IMG/VR virus record: IMGVR_UViG_3300037483_000594
Location: 64,001 to 128,000 of that record
Source of the DNA: a virus
DNA length: 64,000 bases
Reading direction: 5' to 3' (one strand)
This document shows, in pieces, positions 47,896-56,083 of this stretch (positions within the stretch are counted from its first letter, which is position 1; each line of letters begins with the position of its first letter). The position numbers and the translations under genes were made by a program. The notes beneath the pieces are model-generated. The model did not search any database, was not told the origin of the DNA, and saw nothing but the letters and a program-made list of their open reading frames with translations.

Positions 47896-49911
47896 ATGTC
47901 AGAGCTTTTTCGCGAGGTAGCGCTCCCCGTTCTTCAAAAAACAGCCGGGAACTTTCGGTTGTCGAACTCCGCAGACAGTTGGCCGGAAGAGATCATGAAC
48001 TCGCTGTTGGAAGCGCACGCGTACCTGGCCGCCATGGACCTGCGTATGGACATGCAGAACGTGGACGGAGAGCAGGGCTTTGGCCTTGGCGTGTTCTATG
48101 TGTCCCCCCCGCACGTGATGCCCAACCAGGGCCCCGGGACAGAGACCTACAGGCAGCGTGACGGGGTGCGCGCTCTCCGGATTCCGATTCTTGTCAACGA
48201 GTACAAGCTCTGCCCGTTCGACATCGTTATTGACGAGCGCGGTAAGGTCTACCCACTGAACGAAGAGCGTGTGCGGAGGTTGCTGTACAGACCGCAGCTC
48301 TTTGACGCCACCACGCAAAAGAACGAGCGCAGTGCCATCGATCGTGTCTTCATGCCGTTGCTGCGGCAGGGCAACCTTTCTGGGGTCAGTGACTTCGCTG
48401 CCGACTACATGAAGTACGGCTCGGCTTTGGTGTCGATGCTCCCCGGGGCCGACCACCGACAGATAGAGGCCACGGTGCGCGAGCTGCAGGACGACAGCAC
48501 CCTGCTGAAGGCGGCGAGCCATGACCCAGTGATCTCCCGACTTTTGGCGGTGGTGGGAGCGGCCGGGGTGATAACCCCCTCCGAGAAGACGAAGTTGGCC
48601 AGCGAGATGCTGCGCCCAAACGTGGTGCAGTACCGGCGGGTGGGGGACTTCTACAAGGTCAAGATGGCCAACACCACGTCCTTTGCCCCTGCGGAGGCCA
48701 CGCTGGACTACCCAACGCTCGTGGAGGACATCGGACGCGAGAACGCGCACGAGGTCAACTCCAAGGGCACCCTGACCCTCACCGCGGACCCGGTGGTGGA
48801 CGAGGTGCTGGAAGAGGCGGCCGGGTCCCTCGTCACCCAGTTCGGAGAGTGGCGCGTGAAAGGCCGGAACGGCGTGGAGCGTGTGGGGTGGGTCTTTCCG
48901 GAAGTGCGCTCTTTCACGGGAGTAAGGCTCCCGGTCAAGATTTTCAACAACGGGGACAGTTGCGCGATCCAGGAAGAGATCGCTGGGAGCTTCGTGGGCG
49001 CCGGGGTCAACCTTGTTCGTGGTGCGGTGAAGGGGCGGGGGCTCTTCTACCGCATTACCAACAGCGGGACCGTGGTGGCTTTTGAGCCTTGCGAGATCCA
49101 GAACGGGTACACGCAGAACAACCAGCTTGTCTACGAGCTCACTACCGTGACCGACCCCCTGGTTGTGATCACGGTGCGCCAGGTCCCCGAGCTGAAGTTG
49201 ATCACAAAGCTGCGGGACCGAGAGTACGGTATCCCGGTGGACGTGCGGTGGATGCCCCTTGGTGCCTCGCTGGTGGAGCTCGTATCCACCCCCGAGGCCT
49301 TCGCCAAGCTCAGCTCGGCCCGCACCGAGGTCCGATGCAGGGGCGGCCGGTGGTCTTTCCAAGGTGCTGCCGTGGAAAAGATCGCTGGCGTGATGGCCAC
49401 CCGGGACCTCGATGGACCAGATGCGATGTTCGTCTCCGCCTGCCTGGGGCTGAGCCCCAGTGCGTCCATAAAGGCGCTCGAGAAAGCGGCCACGGGGCGC
49501 TCTGTACGAATTTTCGGATGTAGGTCTTGCGTGCTCCCAGCCGAGCGTGTAAAAACGGCGAGTGCTGTAGCGCGACCGGTTGCACAACACTACGTCAACG
49601 TCATGCCCTCCTCCCGCTCCCTGATCAAGGAGGCGCTACACCTTTCCAAGTTTGCGTTGGACGAACTTGGAATTGACACCCTTGATCAGGTCCTGTCCCT
49701 GGGGTACCTCAGCCCGTCGAACGCCGCGAGTGCCGTGGAGCACCTTCCGAGTTTCGAGGACAGCGTGAACAGGCTCGCTGCCCTGCTGTTGGACGTGCGG
49801 CTGGGTGCCAAGATCGGGACCGACGACGGGGAGATCGCGGTAAAGACGGCCATGGACTCCTTCGAGAAGGTCATTGCCGGGCTGCGAAAACTGGTGCGTA
49901 CGAGGAACTGA
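47896..49911 (+). CDS. large K-x-A virion/head protein
   Basis: QKTAG, TKLAS, EKIAG, VKTAS. Confidence 0.75.
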   Translation: MSELFREVALPVLQKTAGNFRLSNSADSWPEEIMNSLLEAHAYLAAMDLRMDMQNVDGEQGFGLGVFYVSPPHVMPNQGPGTETYRQRDGVRALRIPILVNEYKLCPFDIVIDERGKVYPLNEERVRRLLYRPQLFDATTQKNERSAIDRVFMPLLRQGNLSGVSDFAADYMKYGSALVSMLPGADHRQIEATVRELQDDSTLLKAASHDPVISRLLAVVGAAGVITPSEKTKLASEMLRPNVVQYRRVGDFYKVKMANTTSFAPAEATLDYPTLVEDIGRENAHEVNSKGTLTLTADPVVDEVLEEAAGSLVTQFGEWRVKGRNGVERVGWVFPEVRSFTGVRLPVKIFNNGDSCAIQEEIAGSFVGAGVNLVRGAVKGRGLFYRITNSGTVVAFEPCEIQNGYTQNNQLVYELTTVTDPLVVITVRQVPELKLITKLRDREYGIPVDVRWMPLGASLVELVSTPEAFAKLSSARTEVRCRGGRWSFQGAAVEKIAGVMATRDLDGPDAMFVSACLGLSPSASIKALEKAATGRSVRIFGCRSCVLPAERVKTASAVARPVAQHYVNVMPSSRSLIKEALHLSKFALDELGIDTLDQVLSLGYLSPSNAASAVEHLPSFEDSVNRLAALLLDVRLGAKIGTDDGEIAVKTAMDSFEKVIAGLRKLVRTRN

Positions 49912-50831
49912 TGCTCGCGCACCCTGCCACCTACTGGGCCAAGTACCTGCTGTCTACACGGCAGTACGAGTACCAGCAGGTCGTTGAGGTGATGGAGTCA
50001 CGCGACCTGGCGGGGGTCACTGTCGAGCAGCTCACTCGACTCGACGAGCAGTTGGCCCGCCCCAAACAGTGGTTCCCCACGCTCAGTACCCACGCCCCCA
50101 GCGCCAACTTTTTGCGGGAAGAGGGCATCTACGAGCTCTGGCATCCGGACAAAGAGAGCCGGGATGCCGAGGCTGTCTTGTACCAGCCCAAAACGCGGAA
50201 GTTGGTAGAGACTCTGCTGCTCTCGCCCTTTCGCCCAGAGGCGGCGGTAGAACGTCTGAACAAGATCCTTCCGGAGAACCGTCGCCTGACGTTGCGTGCG
50301 TACCTGCTTTTCCAGCACTACTTTTGGTGCTCGGAGCACATGACCGGGGACGACTGGGGCACTTTCGTGCTTCAGCGGCGCGCGAACTCCCAGGCTTGGA
50401 TCAGCATGGCGTTGCACGCTACCAGCCCCGAGAGCACGAAGCTCCTTTTGTGGAAGATGGGGTTGGGCACCCTCAAGAACATGGACTCGTACTCCATCTT
50501 CAAGTCGGTGCGGGACAAGGCCGCCTTGGCAGTGGCCCAGCTTCCGGACGAGCCCTCGCTCGAGAACTCCCGGATGCTGGCGAACTATACCAAGGTGCTG
50601 CACTACGCTCAGGACGGGATGGAGCACACCGGAGCCGCCTCCGAGTCGTTGGCCGAGGCGTTCAAGACGTTTAGTCTGGAGTACGACGACGTTGAGATTC
50701 CGGCTGTGCACGCCGTGACCTACGGGCGCCTCTCCGTGCCGGACATCGGGCAGGACGAAGGAGACGCGGCAGACTTTTACAGTGACAGGCAGTCCCTCCT
50801 CTTGGCCCCCGAGGACGATGATGCCAATTAG
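49911..50831 (+). CDS. hypothetical protein
   Basis: 306 aa, TGATG-coupled. Confidence 0.75.
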   Translation: MLAHPATYWAKYLLSTRQYEYQQVVEVMESRDLAGVTVEQLTRLDEQLARPKQWFPTLSTHAPSANFLREEGIYELWHPDKESRDAEAVLYQPKTRKLVETLLLSPFRPEAAVERLNKILPENRRLTLRAYLLFQHYFWCSEHMTGDDWGTFVLQRRANSQAWISMALHATSPESTKLLLWKMGLGTLKNMDSYSIFKSVRDKAALAVAQLPDEPSLENSRMLANYTKVLHYAQDGMEHTGAASESLAEAFKTFSLEYDDVEIPAVHAVTYGRLSVPDIGQDEGDAADFYSDRQSLLLAPEDDDAN

Positions 50832-51207
50832 GGAAGAGGAGTACCGCACTGCCCGTGAGACAATGGACAGCTCCGGGGTCTGGGACCACAAGTTCCAGAC
50901 CGAAGAGCGGGTGCTGGACCCGGTACCCTCCCGAAGGTTCGAGGCTTGTTGGCGACGTGAAGAGCAGACCCTGGAGCTCCAGGTCTACTACTTCGGGCGT
51001 GCCCTTGACTTTGTGTGGGACCACGTCCCGTTTGCCGTGGCCTTGTACGGGAAGCTGCTCGACTACCTTGGTCTGACCTTGTATCCGGAAAGGCTCCTTG
51101 TAGAGTTCGTTCCGGAAGTGAACGGGTGGTACGTCAAGGCCACCGTTCCGCGAGCGCGTGAGGTGCTCCCGGAGGTGCTGGCTCTTATCGTGGACGCAGC
51201 GGGGTAA
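50821..51207 (+). CDS. hypothetical protein
   Basis: Coupled ORF. Confidence 0.65.
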   Translation: MPIREEEYRTARETMDSSGVWDHKFQTEERVLDPVPSRRFEACWRREEQTLELQVYYFGRALDFVWDHVPFAVALYGKLLDYLGLTLYPERLLVEFVPEVNGWYVKATVPRAREVLPEVLALIVDAAG

Positions 51208-51208
51208 T

Positions 51209-51760
51209 ATGCAGGTTTTTGCAGAGTCCTACACGGCGACCTTGCTCAAGTGCGCGGCGGACGTGCACCAGCTATACGCCGCCTCTCCTTGGCAAAAGGC
51301 GCGAGCAGCCCTGGGCAAGGCAGCCCCCTACGCCAAGGGTTCGGCGATTGGTGGCGGGTTTGGGGCTTTGACAGGCGCGACAGCCGCCCTCCCGGAGGAA
51401 GGGGAGGAGCCAGCGGGTCTAGCCCCTGTGTTGGTGGGGGCAGGGGCCGGGGCTCTCACCGGAGGGGTCTTGCTGGGGAGTGCCCTAAAAAGACTGGGCT
51501 CGAGCCCAGCGCGCGCACGCGCTACAGAGGCTGTGCAAGAGCTTGAGAGACGACGGAAGGGGCTCCCGGCCCCCGACTCAGGAAACGTGATAAACATGTT
51601 CTCAAGGCGGCCCACCCGTAACCTGGAAGCTGTCGGCACTCGTGCGGTTGACCAGATGCCAGACCCTTCACTTCTTGAGGTCCCCGCGGCGCTCCTCGGG
51701 ACAGTGGCCGCCCCGATGGTTCTCGCCCCGCTAGCCGCCCACCTGGCAAAGGAGGAATGA
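51209..51760 (+). CDS. Gly-rich K-x-A protein
   Basis: LLKCAA, glycine-zipper segments. Confidence 0.65.
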   Translation: MQVFAESYTATLLKCAADVHQLYAASPWQKARAALGKAAPYAKGSAIGGGFGALTGATAALPEEGEEPAGLAPVLVGAGAGALTGGVLLGSALKRLGSSPARARATEAVQELERRRKGLPAPDSGNVINMFSRRPTRNLEAVGTRAVDQMPDPSLLEVPAALLGTVAAPMVLAPLAAHLAKEE

Positions 51761-51975
51761 TGCCATTCGTCTCGGAGAGTCAGCGCCGAAAGTTCTACGC
51801 CATGAAAGAGCGCGGAGAGGTCAGCGCAAAGGTCGTCAAGGAGTTCGAGAAGGGCTCCCCGGAGGACCTCCCGGAACGTGTGAAGACCGCTGCCTACTGC
51901 GAAGCCTACGGGCTCGAGCTGCTCAAGGGGGCAGCCCCCCGCTGGAAACAGCTTCTCCGTGGCAAGGAGATCTGA
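51757..51975 (+). CDS. small K-x-A protein
   Basis: MPF.S..QRR N-terminus; VKTAA. Confidence 0.65.
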   Translation: MMPFVSESQRRKFYAMKERGEVSAKVVKEFEKGSPEDLPERVKTAAYCEAYGLELLKGAAPRWKQLLRGKEI

Positions 51976-52499
51976 TGCGCGCGCTTCTGGTGCAGGGGGG
52001 AGCACTCGCTGACACGCTCCTGAAGCTTGCGGAGAAGCCTCTCCGTGAGCGCGTAGAGGTGTACGCTCTCAAAGACGGAAAGGTCCTGGCCGGCATCTAT
52101 CCGGACGGGTCAGTGGGTGTGCCTGGGGGAGGGGTGTCCTCCGGGGAGTCCCCCGAGCACGCGGCAAAGCGGGAGTACAAGGAAGAGGCAGGCCTGACCG
52201 TCAAGAACCTGCAGCCCCTTCCCGTGCCCCCACTTGTTGAAAAGTGGGAGAAGCGGAAGGACCTCACCGACAAGGAGAAGGAGCGGCGCAAGGAGTTCTC
52301 CGGGTCGCGCACTCACTTCTACATAGCCGACCTTTCCGGAAAAGGCGGGAAGGCGGTGGACCCCTCCGCGTTGAAGAGGCTCGTTCCGCGTTCGGTAGCG
52401 GCTCTTGTCGACAAGCTGCAAGAGCAAGCCGACTCCGGGAAGAAGCGGGACAAGGTACGCCTCAAGGTACTCGAGACTGTCCAGGAGTTAACCAGCTAA
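51975..52499 (+). CDS. Nudix hydrolase with K-x-A leader
   Basis: GGGVSSGESPEHAAKREYKEEAG Nudix box. Confidence 0.9.
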   Translation: MRALLVQGGALADTLLKLAEKPLRERVEVYALKDGKVLAGIYPDGSVGVPGGGVSSGESPEHAAKREYKEEAGLTVKNLQPLPVPPLVEKWEKRKDLTDKEKERRKEFSGSRTHFYIADLSGKGGKAVDPSALKRLVPRSVAALVDKLQEQADSGKKRDKVRLKVLETVQELTS

Positions 52500-52521
52500 A
52501 AAAGTGGGGGTTGCCCCCCAC
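52494..52521 (-). terminator. intrinsic terminator
   Basis: GTGGGGG-caa-CCCCCAC followed by TTTTTTAGC. Confidence 0.75.
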
Positions 52522-52529
52522 CGTGGCCG

Positions 52530-52760
52530 CTACTGCGGCCGAACCTCCTCCTCGCCGACGATGGTAGCGGTTCCGGTGCGGTCAAACCGCACCGTGGGGA
52601 TGCCGTCGTCGACTCCCTCGACGACGCCCACGTCCCCCGGTTCCGCGTGGATGTACGCGCCCTGGGGGAACTGGGCGTTGGGGTCTCCGGGGAGGCGACC
52701 GTTCTCGGTCACCTGCGCGGTGGCCATCAATCGCTGGCCCTTCTCAAACGGGTACGTCAT
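52530..52760 (-). CDS. small SH3/NifZ-like beta protein
   Basis: F..GQR..A...V..NG..PG......GDVGVV; GAAAGG RBS. Confidence 0.55.
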   Translation of the reverse strand: MTYPFEKGQRLMATAQVTENGRLPGDPNAQFPQGAYIHAEPGDVGVVEGVDDGIPTVRFDRTGTATIVGEEEVRPQ

Positions 52761-52771
52761 GCCTTTCCTTT

Positions 52772-52802
52772 CTAGCAAAAAGTGATGGGAGTTTCCCACC
52801 AC
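52772..52802 (-). terminator. terminator after the tRNA-like RNA
   Basis: GTGGTGGGA-aac-TCCCATCAC followed by TTTTT. Confidence 0.7.
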
Positions 52803-52805
52803 TAG

Positions 52806-52874
52806 AGCCGAGACCTGGGCTTGCACCAGGATCTCCTCCTCAACGGAGGCGGGTTACCTTAACCCCATCTCGGC
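52806..52874 (-). tRNA. aberrant tRNA: full cloverleaf with a 5-nt anticodon loop
   Basis: GCCGAGA/TCTCGGC; GGGT-taaggta-ACCC; CCTCC-gttga-GGAGG; CCTGG-tgcaagc-CCAGG; 3' T-CTA. Confidence 0.7.
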
Positions 52875-52904
52875 GGTGGGTGCAGCGCTGGGCGCTGCGC
52901 CCCT

Positions 52905-53222
52905 CTAGTACTTGGACAGAACCTGCCCCACGGTCCAGCGGGGGTCGTGGGACACGGCGACTACGTACCCCTGGCACTTGGGGTCGTAGATCGCCGTTGC
53001 GCCGAACCGGTGCACCAAGAAGTGCACCAGTACGGCGCAGACAGGGAGGCTCATGGGCCCGCTTATGCGGACCAAGCCCCCGCCGATCTCGAGACCCTTC
53101 AAGGTCTCGTTCTCGAGCTCCGCCACGATCTGGGCGTTCGTGGCGGTCTCCCCGAAACCCACCGTCAGGTCGGTTACCTGATCGGTGGAGTGCGGCTCCC
53201 GCCGCACATGGAAAAGTGACAT
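52905..53222 (-). CDS. csx3: Csx3/Crn3-like cyclic oligoadenylate ring nuclease
   Basis: 105 aa after AGGAGGTG; V.ISG...L......H..H.......YDPK..GYVVAVSH.P...VG.V resembles the Csx3 pattern. Confidence 0.75.
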   Translation of the reverse strand: MSLFHVRREPHSTDQVTDLTVGFGETATNAQIVAELENETLKGLEIGGGLVRISGPMSLPVCAVLVHFLVHRFGATAIYDPKCQGYVVAVSHDPRWTVGQVLSKY

Positions 53223-53233
53223 TGTCACCTCCT

Positions 53234-53289
53234 TGGCGCAGGTGAGGGGGAGTCGAACCCCCTGACGCCGAAGCGTCTCCAACACCTGC
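53234..53289 (-). ncRNA. 56-nt mini tRNA-like RNA (no D stem, UUCG hairpin in place of the anticodon arm, G-CCA end)
   Basis: GCAGGTG/CACCTGC; GACGC-ttcg-GCGTC; AGGGGG-TTCGACT-CCCCCT; GCCA. Confidence 0.7.
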
Positions 53290-53486
53290 CCCAGGGTCAC
53301 GCCTTACCTGGATGGCGCTTCACTTTTTGTTTCCATCCAGAGTGTGAAGTCTCTGGACCGGGCTACTGCTCCACCAAAGAGAGGGCCGGGACAAAGGGCG
53401 CCGCTTCGCGCCGATTCGGACACCTCCTGCGGACCATGCGCTGCCCGTACCACGCAGAAGGCTGCGAGGGTTTCTTTGTACTCAGA

Positions 53487-53606
53487 TCAGCGCTTCCGCG
53501 CTGAGCGGAAGAACCCATAGGGGTCCTTCCCGGTTACGCCCTCGATCACGATGGCGAGAAGAACGCACACAGCCACAAGGGCGATGATGAGGAACAATGT
53601 TGTCAC
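53487..53606 (-). CDS. 39-aa membrane micropeptide (not in ORF track)
   Basis: GGAGGTG RBS; MTTLFLIIALVAVCVLLAIVIEGVTGKDPYGFFRSARKR. Confidence 0.6.
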   Translation of the reverse strand: MTTLFLIIALVAVCVLLAIVIEGVTGKDPYGFFRSARKR

Positions 53607-53619
53607 GCTACACCTCCAG

Positions 53620-53690
53620 TGCCCCTGGCAGGAATCGAACCTGCTCCTCCTGGGTGTAAACCAGGCGCTCGTCCTTCGAGCTACAGGGGC
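53620..53690 (-). tRNA. tRNA-Val(TAC), CCA not encoded
   Basis: GCCCCTG/CAGGGGC; anticodon arm CCTGG-TTTACAC-CCAGG; GCAGG-TTCGATT-CCTGC. Confidence 0.9.
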
Positions 53691-53717
53691 GGAGTAGGAC
53701 AGGGGGTGTCCTACATA

Positions 53718-53727
53718 TTCTTATAAC
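53718..53727 (-). promoter_or_regulatory. putative phage promoter GTTATAAGAA
   Basis: Repeated motif followed by a leader hairpin GTAGGACA/TGTCCTAC. Confidence 0.7.
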
Positions 53728-53732
53728 AGAAG

Positions 53733-54146
53733 TCACTGAAATGTATCAACAATCTCCTTGTTGTGTTGGTAGATGGTATCCAGCAGGGCGTCGTACCGTT
53801 GGAGAAGGGCGCTGTCCCACGTGGTGATGAAGAAGCCCACCTCTCCGCCCGGGAAGGACACCCTGTACTCTCCGTCACAGTAGGCAGCGCAGCGAACGGG
53901 CTCGAGGGCCTCCCAGGCCTTCTCGAGCAGCGCCTCGGGCTCTGGGCCCACAAGGCGCTCGAGGGAGGGAAGGTTGTTGTCAACCACCCGTTGGAGCAGC
54001 CGGCCCACCTGCCGCATCGCCACGGCCTCTTCGAGGCTGATCTCTACCGGGGCTGCCCCCGGCAGCCGCAGGCTGACCTCGTAGACCCCTCGGGCCACTC
54101 CACCCCACCTCGGAGGGTCCATCAGTTTCCGGATAAGGGCTTTCAT
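53733..54146 (-). CDS. hypothetical early protein
   Basis: GGAGG RBS; has its own promoter motif. Confidence 0.7.
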   Translation of the reverse strand: MKALIRKLMDPPRWGGVARGVYEVSLRLPGAAPVEISLEEAVAMRQVGRLLQRVVDNNLPSLERLVGPEPEALLEKAWEALEPVRCAAYCDGEYRVSFPGGEVGFFITTWDSALLQRYDALLDTIYQHNKEIVDTFQ

Positions 54147-54165
54147 CTCTAACCTCCATTGCGCC

Positions 54166-54175
54166 TTCTTATAAC
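54166..54175 (-). promoter_or_regulatory. putative phage promoter GTTATAAGAA
   Basis: Repeated motif. Confidence 0.7.
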
Positions 54176-54207
54176 AGCGGCTTTTTCTTATGTTCCAAGC
54201 GTCTGTG

Positions 54208-54237
54208 TTGATTAGCTTTTTCGGTTTGTGCTAGGTT
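54208..54237 (+). promoter_or_regulatory. sigma70-like promoter of the terminase gene
   Basis: TTGATT-N18-TAGGTT with extended TG. Confidence 0.45.
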
Positions 54238-54243
54238 AGGGTA

Positions 54244-56040
54244 ATGGACGACCTTTACAAGCGCGCGCAGGACAGTGTCAGCACCGGGTTGTCGGACGAA
54301 GAGACCGAGGCCTTGCTGGACGCGGAGATGGAAGAGGAGGAGCAGGACAGGTACGACGCTCTTCTGGAGGGGGAGGTGGCGGTGGGGAAGGCCCCGGTGG
54401 TACCGGTGTCGCTGAGCAAGTACACCGAGTTCAGTGTGCGGATAAACACCGGGTACGACATCGAACCTTTCTCGTTCAAAGGCAGGGAGCACTTCCGGAA
54501 GGTGTACGACACACCTGACAAGGACGTCCTAGTGCTAGCCAGTCGGCAGTCGGAGAAGTCGACGTTCCTGGGGAACAAGATCTTGGCGTTGTCGGCTATC
54601 ATCCCCGGGTTTCAGACGCTGTACGTTTCTTCTTCGGCAACGCAGTCCAAGGTCTTCTCGGAAGACCGGATACGCGAGCCTATCCTGAACTCTCCGCGAC
54701 TCCAGCAGAGTGTTGACCCGCGTGCCCAGAGTGTTTTTTCCAAGAGGTTTCGTAACAGCTCCATGATCAGGTTGCGCTACGCCTACCTGACAGCGGACCG
54801 AGCTCGTGGTGTGAAGTCAGACGGGATCTTTATCGACGAGATTCAGCACATCTTGCCGTCCAACATCCCTATTATCGAGCAGTGTGCGTTCCACTCGATT
54901 CACAAGTACCGCACGTACTCCGGGACCCCGTTGACCCTCGACAACACCATCGCTGTCCTGTGGGACTCCCACTCCACGCAGAACGAGTGGATCGTCCCCT
55001 GCCGGGCCTGTGGCCAGGAGAAGAAGCGGGACACCTGGTGGTGGAACGTCCTGGGTCCCGGGAACATCGGCAAGGAAGGACTGGTGTGCGAGCACTGTCA
55101 CCGTCCCATCAACGTGCGCGACCCCGATGCTCAGTGGGCGTCGATGCAGCCGGTGAACGCGGACAACGCTCTGCGGGTCAACTTCCGCGGTTTCCGGATT
55201 ACGCAGTTCATGGTCCCGTCGCTGAACTGGCGGAAAGACATCCTGGAGAAGAGGGAGGAGTACTCCACAGCGCAGTTCAACAACGAGGTGTGTGGGCTGA
55301 GCTACGACTCCGGGAGCCGGCCTATTTCCAAGCAGCAGCTTATCCGCGCCTCACGTGCGGACGTGGACATGTCCGAGATCGAGAAGAACGTGGCCCGGTG
55401 CACCGGAGGGGTGTTCGCTGGGGTCGACTGGGGCCAGGACACGGAGAACTCCTTTACCGTGCTCACCCTGGGCGGGTACATGACCCACGGCTTCCAGATC
55501 TTTTTTGCCCACCGGTTCGTGGGGGCCGACTGTGACCCCGATGTCCAGCGCGAGAAGGTTGCCAAGCTGCTGGGCGCCGTCCACTTCCGGGTGTGCGGAG
55601 CGGACTACGGCGGCGGCTTCGGGCGTAACGACTGGCTGATGCGCAAGTTCGGAATGAAAAAGTTTGTGCGGTTTCAGTACGCCCCCAACCCCGTGCGGAA
55701 GATCGTGTGGAACCCCAAGCTCCTGCGGTTTGTGCTCCACCGCTCGGAGGTGATGGGCGACTTTTTTAGCGCCTTAAAGGAGCATAGGATCAGCCTTCCG
55801 AACTGGAAACAGTTTTCCGAACCACACGGCCGGGACATCCGCAACATCTTCACTGAGTTCAACACCCAGCGCCTTCTCATGCAGTACAAGCACACCCATG
55901 GCAAAACCGACGACACCTTCCACTCCATCATCTACTGCGTCCTGGGGAGCATGCTCGTGAAACCCCGCCCTGACATCCTGATCCCCCTCAAGGAAGGGAA
56001 CGTCAGCTTTGACCGTGGCGGCCTAGACCTCGCTGCCTAG
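54244..56040 (+). CDS. terminase large subunit (GpA-like)
   Basis: SRQSEKST Walker A, FIDE Walker B, SGTP, CxxC..CxxC, GVDWG nuclease Asp, DD..H. Confidence 0.88.
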   Translation: MDDLYKRAQDSVSTGLSDEETEALLDAEMEEEEQDRYDALLEGEVAVGKAPVVPVSLSKYTEFSVRINTGYDIEPFSFKGREHFRKVYDTPDKDVLVLASRQSEKSTFLGNKILALSAIIPGFQTLYVSSSATQSKVFSEDRIREPILNSPRLQQSVDPRAQSVFSKRFRNSSMIRLRYAYLTADRARGVKSDGIFIDEIQHILPSNIPIIEQCAFHSIHKYRTYSGTPLTLDNTIAVLWDSHSTQNEWIVPCRACGQEKKRDTWWWNVLGPGNIGKEGLVCEHCHRPINVRDPDAQWASMQPVNADNALRVNFRGFRITQFMVPSLNWRKDILEKREEYSTAQFNNEVCGLSYDSGSRPISKQQLIRASRADVDMSEIEKNVARCTGGVFAGVDWGQDTENSFTVLTLGGYMTHGFQIFFAHRFVGADCDPDVQREKVAKLLGAVHFRVCGADYGGGFGRNDWLMRKFGMKKFVRFQYAPNPVRKIVWNPKLLRFVLHRSEVMGDFFSALKEHRISLPNWKQFSEPHGRDIRNIFTEFNTQRLLMQYKHTHGKTDDTFHSIIYCVLGSMLVKPRPDILIPLKEGNVSFDRGGLDLAA

Positions 56041-56042
56041 GG

Positions 56043-56070
56043 AGCTAAGAAATGGCGCGGGGTGCGCCAT
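56043..56070 (-). terminator. intrinsic terminator
   Basis: ATGGCGC-accc-CGCGCCAT imperfect stem followed by TTCTTAGC. Confidence 0.6.
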
Positions 56071-56083
56071 AGGGAGAGTTCGG

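Noticed and set aside
53223-53300. 26-aa N-terminal extension of Csx3 in the ORF track
   Set aside because: It overlaps the mini-tRNA, and a strong RBS points to ATG 53222
53234-53480. tmRNA
   Set aside because: The acceptor pairs locally within 56 nt, with no G3:U70 pair and no tag reading frame
52772-53727. CRISPR array or cas locus near csx3 or the Cas4-like gene
   Set aside because: No regularly spaced direct repeats were seen; the Cas4-like gene lies in the recombination cluster
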